DNA from: Callorhinchus milii
Taxonomy: Eukaryota
Assembly (NCBI RefSeq): GCF_018977255.1
Contig: NW_024704743.1
Coordinates: 72,294,001 to 72,358,000, forward strand
DNA: 64,000 bases
Direction: 5' to 3'
Shown: in pieces, positions 51,076 through 61,139 of the stretch
Layout of the letters: the number at the start of each line of letters is the position of its first letter
Numbering within the stretch: the stretch's first letter is position 1
Made by a program: the position numbers and the translations under genes
Notes under the pieces: generated by a model
Seen by the model: the letters and a program-made list of their open reading frames with translations, nothing else
Told to the model about the DNA's origin: nothing
Database searches by the model: none

Positions 51076-51499
51076 CACACTTTAAGACCCAAGGCACATT
51101 TGTTCCTTGAGGTGACATTTCCATTGCGATTTTCCCAATAAATGCTTTTTATTTGATTTTTATGCATCATCAGTGACCTAGCCTTCAGATTCTATTGCCC
51201 ATATCCTCTGGAACTTCCTTCCTCTACCCTTCCATCCCACCCCTATTTATCTGTCTTTAAATCCAGCCTTAAAAACCTACCTCTCCAACTGCGCCCATGA
51301 TCATCTCCCCTTCCCAACACCTCCTTTTCCCATGACCTTCCCTTCTCACCCCCTGCCTTTCTTCCTGATTCGGCATCCAACTCATCTTGGTAAACGGTTC
51401 AAGAAGTGCATTATAAATACAAGTTTTTGTTGTTTTAATAACCATAGAGGCCATCTTTACATGGAGCAGGCTGTCCTAACTGGGACCGTGGGCTTCATT

Positions 51500-51745
51500 A
51501 TATACCATGTCTAAACTATATGCATATACATGTGTATTATGCACTATATGTAAACTATGTGTTAATGCATGTTTATCAAACCCCATGTGTAAACTTTGTA
51601 TGTTTGTCTGTTTATTATGCATCATATGTAAACTATGTGGCCCTGAATGTGTATTATGTGTAAACTGTGTGTACAGGTTTACCAATGATTGTTAACTACA
51701 TAATTTACACATGGTGCATAACATATACATGTTTATATGTAATTA
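51500..51745. repeat. Degenerate AT-rich tandem repeat
   Basis: Recurrent tattatgca...tatgtaaactatgtg units. Confidence 0.6.
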
Positions 51746-51964
51746 ACACAGGGTGCTTAACCGTCCCCAATACTGTGCATGACTTGTCAGCCAAAGGTCG
51801 TGATCTGTCTCACCTGTCAAGAACCAAGGCAAAGAACCTGCAAACAGGAAATGTGAGAGGGTGTACACTTTTTTTGAGGGTAAATATTGTCTTCAGGATA
51901 AAGACATTCAGAAATGCTAAGTAGCAGTGAATGACATAGGTGTGTAGGAAAGTAGAGGACGAGA

Positions 51965-52252
51965 AAAGTTTTAAGATAACTGGCAAAAGAACCAGAGGGG
52001 CGATGAGGAGAAATTTGCTTATGCAGCGAGTTATGATCTGAACGTGCAATTTCTGAAATGGTGGTGGAAGCAGATTCAATAATAACTGTCAAAAGCGAAT
52101 TGGATGTATAATTGAAAAGGAAAAATTTGCAAGGCTTTGGGGAAAGAGCGGGAAAGTGGGATTAATTTGATAGGTGTTTCAAAGAGCCGGCACAGGCACA
52201 ATGGACCAAATGGCCTTCTTCTGTGCTGTAGGATTCTATGATTCTACGATTC
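51965..52252 (+). mobile_element. CR1 LINE 3' end
   Basis: ggtggtggaagcagattcaataataac, caaagagccggcacaggcac, ttctgtgctgtaggattctatgattcta tail. Confidence 0.85.
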
Positions 52253-53118
52253 TCAGACCTCTGCAGTCAATCTGATTGGTTCTAAAGTCAAAATAATGTA
52301 CACTACATCTCTCAGATCCTGATATGCCTTAAAATCTATCCAGATGTTCAAATTATTTGTCAAATACTGTAGCAGTCTAAAGCCCTCTTGAGTTTGCTGA
52401 CACGATCTGCCTCTCTGGATGAATGGTGATCATAGGAAGCCAGAGTGCATGAAAAGCTATTTGCAGCACTTTCTTTCTTTTTCAATTTTTACAGGGGGAT
52501 TACTTCCAGATTTGGGGGCACTGCTCACAAACTGAACAAGAAACTGAATTTACTCAAATCACGCGAATTTAGAATGATTTGTTTTCTGATTTGATTCAAG
52601 CCTCATTGTTGCTAAAACAATAGGCTGGTTAACACTTGGAGTAAGATGGTATTCAATACCCTCATTCTGCTTCTGAAACAGGAAAATCCAGATGCACCAC
52701 AGCAGTGTCAGTCCTTCTATGTTCGCCGACAAATACACAGATCTGCATAGATTGTACAGCATGGAAACAGGCCCTCGGCCCAAATAGTCCATGTCAGTGA
52801 TTATACTCCACGTGAGTCTCCACCTTACTCGCTCTCAAACTGTTCTATTCCCTTCTCCCTCATGTGTATATCCAATTCCCTCTTAAACCCCGGCTAGGCA
52901 AGAGGAGATTTGGTCTGGCAAGCTGGAATTTCCGGCTAAGTGAAATTACAATGCTGGAACGGAACCGCAGATAGTATAGTACACAGTCACTACACTTTAC
53001 AGTAGTACTCGTGCAGGGCTTTGAGGCATCCTCCCAATGTGAGAGACACTATGTGAAATGCAAGTATTATTATAAACAGATTCATTCCTGAAGTTCACTG
53101 CCCCAGATCTGAATCTAA

Positions 53119-53375
53119 GGCCTGAAATTTCACCAAGTCTGAGCCTGTTAGTTCATTTTGCCTTGAAATTTAAAAAATGTGTAAAGTTCTTAAAATTCAA
53201 TCTTAGTTTGAGACTCAATTTGAAAGCTGATCTTTTTAAGACTACAGAAAAAATAGCCTGCAAATTAAGGCTGAATTTTAAGAATGTTCCACAGTTCTGC
53301 CCAATCTTAAATTTTAAAGCAAAATGGTTTTATAGATGAAGTGAGGCAAGATTAGATTAGGTGAAATTTCAAGCC
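53119..53375. mobile_element. MITE with 16 bp TIRs (PIF/Harbinger-like)
   Basis: ggcctgaaatttcacc (53119-53134) / ggtgaaatttcaagcc (53360-53375), flanked by TAA and TCA; related pieces at 31680, 39285-39447, 55655-55860. Confidence 0.7.
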
Positions 53376-54090
53376 TCAGGTTTTTACGATGATGGATTCA
53401 GTCTGCAAGGAACTTGCAAGGTGTGGAATAGATTCTCTCTTCTTCTGTTATCCCAAAATCTGCAGCTTCAATTGTGTACTAAAAAATGCAAATATTTTCA
53501 TAAAATTAATTTAATAAAAATATTTAATCTTTTGCATTAACTCAGTCTAACCGTTTGAAACCAAAGCATGTGCGTGCATGACTCTGCTGTCCTAGTTAGT
53601 TAGATGGCTCCAGTGGAGAGCAAGCATGACACAGGCACAATTAGCCGAATAGCCTTCTGTGCTGAAATTTCCATGATTCTAAGAATCCATAGAATAAATA
53701 CTGAGAAGAGAATGGCAAAATGTCATCTCATATCTCCCGCTGGCCAATATAAAGTCTTCTCAGCAAGTAACTAATGAGGCAATATGTACTTATTTCTTTG
53801 GGTGTATCCTCTTGATAACTTGGGCTAGAGTAAATACGATAGATAAGAGTTTTGCAATTTACAATAATAGAATATATTTTTGAGGAAGATTTGGTCCTTT
53901 TACAACTTATAATAGCAACTATTGCAGTCAGGCTAGATCTAGGCAGGATTTGTTTGTGCCTGGTACCCAAGGTATATGGAATATCCCTTAGTAGTTCACT
54001 TCTTCATTAAGAAATGCATGCAAAATAGCCTCTGACTCCTACTGAAACCTGAGCTGAAGCCGAACAATGGCACACGAATTTATAAACAAA

Positions 54091-54404
54091 ATAATAATAA
54101 TAATCCTTGCATTTAATATAGCGCTTTTCACGTCCTCTAGATGTCTCACAGCGCTTCACAGAATATACTGCAAAAGTGAATTGACTGTATATTTGTGGGT
54201 AAAACACGGCAGCCAATTGCGCACAGCAGTGTCCCACAAACAGTCATCGATTGAGTGACCAAATTCTTATTGGTTTTTTTCTTGAGGGATTATTACCAGG
54301 CGTGTGGAGTAAGGAAACTTGCCCAAGGTTTCGCCCTGCCGGGAATCGAACCCAGGACTCTCGCTTGCGAGGCTAGTGCTCTAACCACTGAGCTACAGGA
54401 CTCC
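54091..54404 (-). mobile_element. tRNA-Ala-type SINE, short variant, full length
   Basis: Reverse head gggaatcgaacccaggactctcgcttgcgaggctagtgctctaaccactgagctacaggactcc. Confidence 0.92.
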
Positions 54405-56244
54405 ACCACTGAAATTTACATGATTTCACAGGTCTCTACTTCAGTACAGATACAGTACTTATGGATCTGATCTTCGTTGAGCTAAAAACAGAGTTGTACA
54501 TTCTCAGAAAATTACAATCTGCGTATGTTCCTGTTTGGTAGTCTTCAATGAGCTAGGCTTGAGTTATTAAATATGGGTGATTTCTTTCTAATTTGCTCTT
54601 TCCTCTTCAACCAGTAGGGACTTTGTAACCTGTGGTTAAAGGCATGTTTTATTAATAATAATCCTTGCATTTGATATAACACCTTATCACATTGTTGAAA
54701 CATCTCAAAGAGCTTCACAAAATATATTGTAAAATGTATTGTGTGGATGACACATTTTTAAGGACAAATTTGAACCGTATTTCTGTCCAGTCGATAAAGC
54801 GTTCCTTAATTATTCCTGGCGTCAATTCAGGAACAGCAAGTGTTGAGGAATACTCCCATTAGCTTCTATTTGGACCTTGTAATTATGCTATAGCAACTCA
54901 AGAACGAAAGATGGCAACAACCAGAAGACAAAGTCCTTCTTCGTAAAACAAAGTTATTCAATTTCTCCGTAACTACAGGCTGCAGAATGCTTTAAGCTGA
55001 ATGAACTACATTAACCTGTGGAGGATTAACTGCCCTTTCAACACAAATTTTCCATCACCTGACAGCTGACAATATATTTTTCTGTCTACTTCAATGCTAA
55101 ATATTATAAAACACAATTTGAGAAATTCTTACTACAAAGCTTTTTCTTGACAAGGCAAGATTGCATTTATATATATATTTATATTGTTCTGTAGCTGAAC
55201 ATCTGTAATCCATTGTTCCTTAATTTGGTGCATAAATGGTTACTACAGTTATCGTAAGATTAATAGACATCCATGGCTAGTGAAATCATAATTTAATTCA
55301 AATCCTGTTTGGGTATTCAGTGGAATATGTCTGGAGATTAGACATCGAAATTTGGTAGACGTGGTTGAAATAATGATGAGACTAAAGCTTCAGGCAAATG
55401 TTTCACTGGCAAAGTTCAACGTTGCCTTGAAAATGCAGCAAAGTGGGCAGACAGGGAAAAATATTCAGTGATCAAAGTGATATTCAGCGTGATCAAAGTG
55501 ATATTCACCTAAAAATACACAGTTATTAATTACACTTTATAATAAATCTTGTGAAGCGCTTTGAGATGTTTTAACGATGTGATAAGGTGTTATATCAATT
55601 ACAAGGATTATTATTATTATTACATTGAGTTCAGAGGCTACAGGTTCTACCTAGTTAAGCCTGGGAAACTATTTTGCCATGAAATTTAAGAGCTTACATA
55701 ATTGGCGAACAATCTCAAATATGGTTCTTTTTAAGAAGCTGGCTTGTTTTTAAGACCTGTGGAAAAACGACTTCCAAATAAGGCTGAATTTAGGAATTTT
55801 CCACAAGTCTGCATGATCTTAAATTTTAAGATGAAATGTTCTTACAGACTAAGTCTAAAGCTCGACTGTGTAACTGCTAAGAGCTTATGTGGTGGAGGGT
55901 TCATTCCCTGCTGAAGATGCTTTTATGGTTTGACATGGCAATGAATCTGTTTGGAACGTCCTCCCGATGTGAAAGGCGTTATACAAATGTAATTTTGTTG
56001 TTGTTGTTGTTATAAAGTGTGACATTGTTTACCCAGCTTTGTGTTCTACTGTATTTTATCTTCATTTTCAGTGGTGTAAACTATGCTTTTTCATGAATCT
56101 AGATCCTGCATCACAGAATGACGGTGCCTCTTCAATTAGCTGACATGCAAATGTTTCCTCCTGACAGCATGTGATTGCAGACAAACAGCAGCTGCTTTGG
56201 AGGCTGACTTCATCCATGTCGACCATGGTTTGACTGTCACTTAC

Positions 56245-56381
56245 CAACAATTGTCCTGCCTGTCTCTTCATCGACACTGATAACAGTCTCACCAGCCAAA
56301 GGCAAGTCATTCAACAAGCGCCTGATAACATCCACATCCACCTTTAGGTCAGAGGGTGAAACACAGCGTTCAGCTGTGTAA
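56245..56381 (-). CDS. Putative internal exon of an unidentified gene (137 bp, phase 2 in / 1 out)
   Basis: Acceptor gctgattctgtccttatcattcag, donor G/gtaagt; only open frame YTAERCVSPSDLKVDVDVIRRLLNDLPLAGETVISVDEETGRTIV. Confidence 0.6.
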
Positions 56382-56619
56382 CTGAATGATAAGGACAGAA
56401 TCAGCACTCATTCAAATTTTAAATATTTTCAACTTTATCTTTTAATGCCGAGTAAAGTTGATTCCTCTTAAGTGTTTAATCTATTTGCCATGCTGTTCTA
56501 CACCTTATCAGGAAACTGCACATGGAGCTTCGAAAATGATCTGCTGGATTACTCCACAGATCGACTAAACGGTACCAGAATGAAACTCGTCCTCTGCAAC
56601 AATGCATCTGGTTCATTAC

Positions 56620-56713
56620 CTGCTCCAGGCAGTCATAGACTCCAAACCATGCTCCACGTCTGTTTGAGAACCTGCGGTTGCCTTGAAGGTATCATTTATG
56701 TTTAGCTCTTTTC
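56620..56713 (-). CDS. Putative internal exon of the same gene (94 bp, phase 1 in / 2 out)
   Basis: Acceptor gtcttttttcag, donor CAG/gtaatg; KELNINDTFKATAGSQTDVEHGLESMTAWS joins in frame to the 56381 exon across a 238 bp intron. Confidence 0.55.
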
Positions 56714-56739
56714 CTGAAAAAAGACTCACTGAATTTATT

Positions 56740-56976
56740 CAAAAAGAGAAGTCGCTGGGAACACTCAGCAGGTCAGGCAGCATTCATGGAGAAAGGAAAG
56801 TGAGTCAACATTTCGGGTCCACAACCCTTCGTCAGAACCGTTCTGATGAGGGTCGTGGACATAAAACTTTGACTCACTTTCCGTTCTCCATAGATGCTGC
56901 CTGGCCTGCTGAGTGTTCCCAGTGACTTCTGATGTTGTTTCAGATTTCCAGCATGTGCAGTATTTTGCATTTTGCA
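56740..56976. mobile_element. Miniature fold-back Penelope pLTR insertion (two inverted pLTR copies)
   Basis: ~90 bp arms centred near 56839; CTGACGA/CTGATGA cores on opposite strands; flanks actgaatttatt (56728-56739) and actgaatctatt (56977-56988). Confidence 0.9.
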
Positions 56977-57717
56977 ACTGAATCTATTTACTGTCTACAA
57001 CAACCTTATTTTGTGTCAGCATTTAAATTGGGTTGCTGATGTTTAGATTGTTTTCATAGACTGATGTCGGCAAAGGCACAGGCAGGCTTTGTGAGGCACA
57101 ATCTTATGGCATTGTCTTTAGAGTTAATAAGACAGTAAAAAGGATCACCACAGGAGCTGGGAATTCATAAAGTGTTCTGAGTGGCCCAATAATGGAAGCC
57201 AGCAAAACCACCCACAATCACAAGATCATAAGATTAGTTTGGATGAAGGAGTACATTCGGCCTATGATCTTATCTTCCAGAACACCCACGCTCTGTCTGC
57301 CCGTCACAGCACAAAGCTGCTTTTAAAATGAATCCAGTGTCCTGGCTCATTTGGTGTTTTCTTCTGGGAATTCCCTTATATCAAGCAGATGTAAGTTCCT
57401 GCAAGATCTCAGGTGCGTGCCAAGGTTGCTTGATCTGTCATATGGAGGGTTTGTCTGGATAAAACCCTATTTATGTTGTGAACACCTGTATCAGCTGCCA
57501 TACAGTGGTTCTATTGCTGGAGTGCTTTTTAAATGCACAGATCAATCATCAAATAAAGAAGAAAAGTATTTTAATTCTCGAAGCCTTAGTGAGAAGATTG
57601 TTGCCTTTAGTGTTGTAAAAAAAAGATAGTTGGGCAATACTGGTAAGTGTGCTTTGCCAGCTTGACCATCACTGTCAAGCCTGTTCTTCCCCAACAGTTA
57701 CCAGGAATCTGGCAAAT

Positions 57718-57950
57718 TGGGGAGATGAGGAGAATTTTTTTAATGCAACGAGTTGTTACAATCTGGAATGCATTGCCTGAAAGGATCATGGAAGCAGATT
57801 CAATAATAACTTTCAAAAGGGAATTGAAAAGGAAAAAATTGCAAGGCTAAGGGGAAATAGTGGGGGAGTAGGACTAGTTGGTAGCTCTTTCAAAGAGCCG
57901 GTACAAGCACGATGGGCTGAATGGCCTCCTTCTGTGCTGTAAGATTCTAA
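57718..57950 (+). mobile_element. CR1 LINE 3' end
   Basis: QRVVTIWNALPERIMEADSIITFKREL peptide; gggctgaatggcctccttctgtgctgtaagattcta tail. Confidence 0.88.
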
Positions 57951-58469
57951 GATGTCAATTGTAGCACCTCCATGGTTTAGATCTTCCAGCTCCACACAGA
58001 AAATATAATTTTATAAAGAAAAATTAGAACACAAGTAAGCATGGAATTAAGAAAGACAATTCAGCCATTCAAAGGGATCTGATACTTTCAAAATCATGTA
58101 CTGTACAGCCTTGGTTGACAAGGAGTTCATCCTACCCACTCTGTATCCTGGAATAATAATCTATCCCCACATCCGAACCCCAAAGCGCTGGCCTCCTTCC
58201 TCTCTAAAGAAATAACCTGCATTTTATAGCTTCTTCAAATTGTCTCAAAGGGCTTCACAAGAAATTACTGTTATGTTTAGAAATTATTTTTTTTGCAGAG
58301 GGACCTGGCAGCCAACTTGGTAAAACTCTGTTCTCCAGACATATATAATAAAGCCAATAACCAATTTTATTTGGAGGATTGAGGCCAGGACAGAAAGAAA
58401 CTCCCTAATCTATTCAGATTGTGACATGGGATCTTTAGCATTGTTACACCAGGCAGACAGGACCTTGAT

Positions 58470-59167
58470 TTCTGTTCGATCCTGAACTGTCCTTTCTTCC
58501 TCATATCCGCGCCACAATTGGCACCGCCTTCTATCACCTCCGAAATATCGCCAGACTACGGCAGTACCTCACCCCTCACGCTGCTGAAACTCTGGTCCAC
58601 GCCTTTATCACCTCAAGGCTGGACTATGGGAACTCTCTCCTCGCCGGCCTTCCCGGCACCTCCCTCCACAAGCTGCAGGTCATTCAGAACTCTGCAGCTC
58701 GTGTACTGTCCCGCACCAGGCTTCGCGACCACATCACTCCCACCCTCGCTCGCCTCCACTGGCTCCCCATCGCCCAGAGGATCCAATTCAAGATTCTCAT
58801 CCTCACCTACAAGGCCATTCATGGTCTTGCTCCCTCCTACCTCTCTGACCTACTATCCCCCTACTTACCTGCCCATACCCTCCGTTCCTCTGGCTCCGGT
58901 CTGCTCCACATTACCCCGCCCCAACCGCCCTACCATCGGTGGCCGGGCCTTCAGCCTCTCAGCCCCGAGGCTCTGGAACTCTATCCCCCAGTGCCTTCGC
59001 CGCCTCCTCCCTTTCCTCCTTCAAGGCCGGTCTCAAGACCTTTCTCTTTGACCGTGCCTTCAGCTCCCCTCTCGACTCTCTACCCCCTCCTCGCTCCCTA
59101 CCTTCCCTCCCCTCACCCTGACCATTTCCCCCCAAGGCTCGGGTCCTGACCCAACTGTCCAGCGCTC
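58470..59167 (+). mobile_element. L2 LINE 3' part
   Basis: HAFITSRLDY, QNSAARV, LHWLPIAQRIQFKIL coding remnants; near-identical to 6600-7108. Confidence 0.92.
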
Positions 59168-60016
59168 CTGCAGCACTGCACTGGAGTGTCTGCCTAGTCT
59201 GTGAACATAAATTCCTGACAAGGATTTGAAACTCGCAATGTTCTGATTGAGGTAAGAGTGCTACCAATTGAGCCAGATTGATGATCTGGAAGATTGTAAG
59301 CCAGGACACCAATAGAAACTACCTTCTATTTTGAAATAGTATTGTGGGATCTTTGTTGGTTTGTAGAATTGTTTCAAAACTTAACTCTCCGCTTGGTTGA
59401 CCTTTACATGTGTAACACATGTAGTTAAACAGCTACAAGTCATGTGCCAAAAGCTACAATTTTCATTGAATTCTTTGGAAAAATATTGAATCCAAGCATA
59501 ATTATATATTTTATACATTTGACACAGGGTGTACAATGGCTCTCGTAAATCTCTACATTACAGATGGCAGGAATTTTAACCTTGGTACAGATGGGAACAT
59601 TTGACCTTTTAATGCTTGTGTATTCAGTCCATTCACTTGTTCGTGCAACAAAGCAGAAAGTAAATGAATGTTGTGCACCACAGTTATTATGACATCCGCA
59701 TGTGCAGCAGAAACAGATATTTTTTGTAAAAACAGTAGCCTGCAGCAGGTATAAGCCATGTGGTTGGCATATTAACATCACAATGGGAGAACCCTCCCCA
59801 CTGAGAGCTGATCATGAATTGCCTTGAGAAACGTTTCGTCTGGACAGGAAATAGACTGGTCCAGAAACAAGTTGGGGAAATTGAGAGAAATAGAATGGGG
59901 GTAGGGTGGGGGGCAGATATGTGATGGGATAATTATCACTGGTGTTCACGGGATGCTGGGCTATATTGCTAAATCAGCTAAATTCAAGTCCTTAAAAGTC
60001 ATGCTTAAGCTGTACT

Positions 60017-60375
60017 GGAGCTCAGTGGTTAGAGCACTTGCATCGCAAGTGAGAGAACTGGGTTTGATTCCTGGCAGGGCGAAATGTTGGGCAAGTTTCC
60101 TTACTCCACACGCCTCTGTTTACCTAGCAGTAAAGAAGAACCTGTTAGTCGATTGGCGGATCACCTTTCCGGGGACAATAATTCTTTCAAAAAAAATAAT
60201 AAATTGGTCACTTCATCCACGACGGATTGTGGGACACTGCTGCATGCAATTGGTTACTGCGTTTCACCCACAAAATACACAGTCAATTAACATTACAATA
60301 TATTCCGTGAGGGCGCTTTGAGACATCTCGAAGATGTGATAAGGTGTACATAAAATGAAGGATTATTATTATTAT
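60017..60375 (+). mobile_element. tRNA-Ala-type SINE, long variant
   Basis: agctcagtggttagagcac head, cgcctctgtttacctagcagtaa internal segment, (tta)n tail. Confidence 0.88.
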
Positions 60376-60404
60376 GAAGTGAATTACCATTTTTTAAACA
60401 TCTA

Positions 60405-60592
60405 TGGGGGATTACTGATACTGGGAGAAACTCCCATGTGTTCACCGGAACGGGCAAGACGGGATCTCATTTTACCATCTCACCTGAAGAACAGCATCTC
60501 TGACAATACGGCGCTCCCCCAGCACTGTATTAGAGAGTCAGTCTAGACTGTGAGCCCAACATGGATCCTGAACTCAGAACCTTCTGACTCAA
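60405..60592 (-). mobile_element. Deu-domain SINE fragment
   Basis: acagcatctctgacaatacggcgctcccccagcactgtattagagagtcag, tgaactcagaaccttctgactc. Confidence 0.7.
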
Positions 60593-61139
60593 CAGTAACA
60601 ACTTACATCCTTCAATCAGGGCAGCTTCTTGGAGCGCTTAACAGTGGTGAAGCATGATACCAAGTTACAGTGATTGATGTTCCAACTCAATCTATTTTCA
60701 TAGCATTCTGTATGACATGTGTGGAATACTTCCAGTTGCAGAAGAGTCCCCACTAAAATGTCCCATTTTGAAATACCGTAAAATAGAACCCAATATATTG
60801 TAAATGACTATATGGCAATATGGTGACCAAATAAGCAATGAGATCACTCCAGAGGGGTATTTTTACATAAGGGAAAAGAGCAGAATTTAGGAATATAAGG
60901 CTATTAACCAATTTGGGCCATTCTCTCTTCATTGCAGGAATACAGAAGTTCTCTGTCCCCTGCTGGTCCAGGCAGTACAGAGGAAGCCTGAGGCAGGTTC
61001 ACGCTGTTGCAGAGAAAGTAGACTGGCTGAGGAGTCTAGTGCCTGAGAGACTGAGCGAGACGAGGTTAGATTGTACCTGAGCAAGATCAGAACCGTGAGC
61101 GAGAGTGAGTTGTAAGAGGGATTGGAGGACACTGACTAT

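Noticed and set aside
60601..60760. Minus-strand exon ending at a gtaagt donor
   Set aside because: Stops in all frames over the longer candidate; sequence resembles a decayed L2-type tail.
60939..61135. Exon upstream of the long L2
   Set aside because: Acceptor-like sites on both strands but no convincing donor before stops; may be L2-associated sequence.
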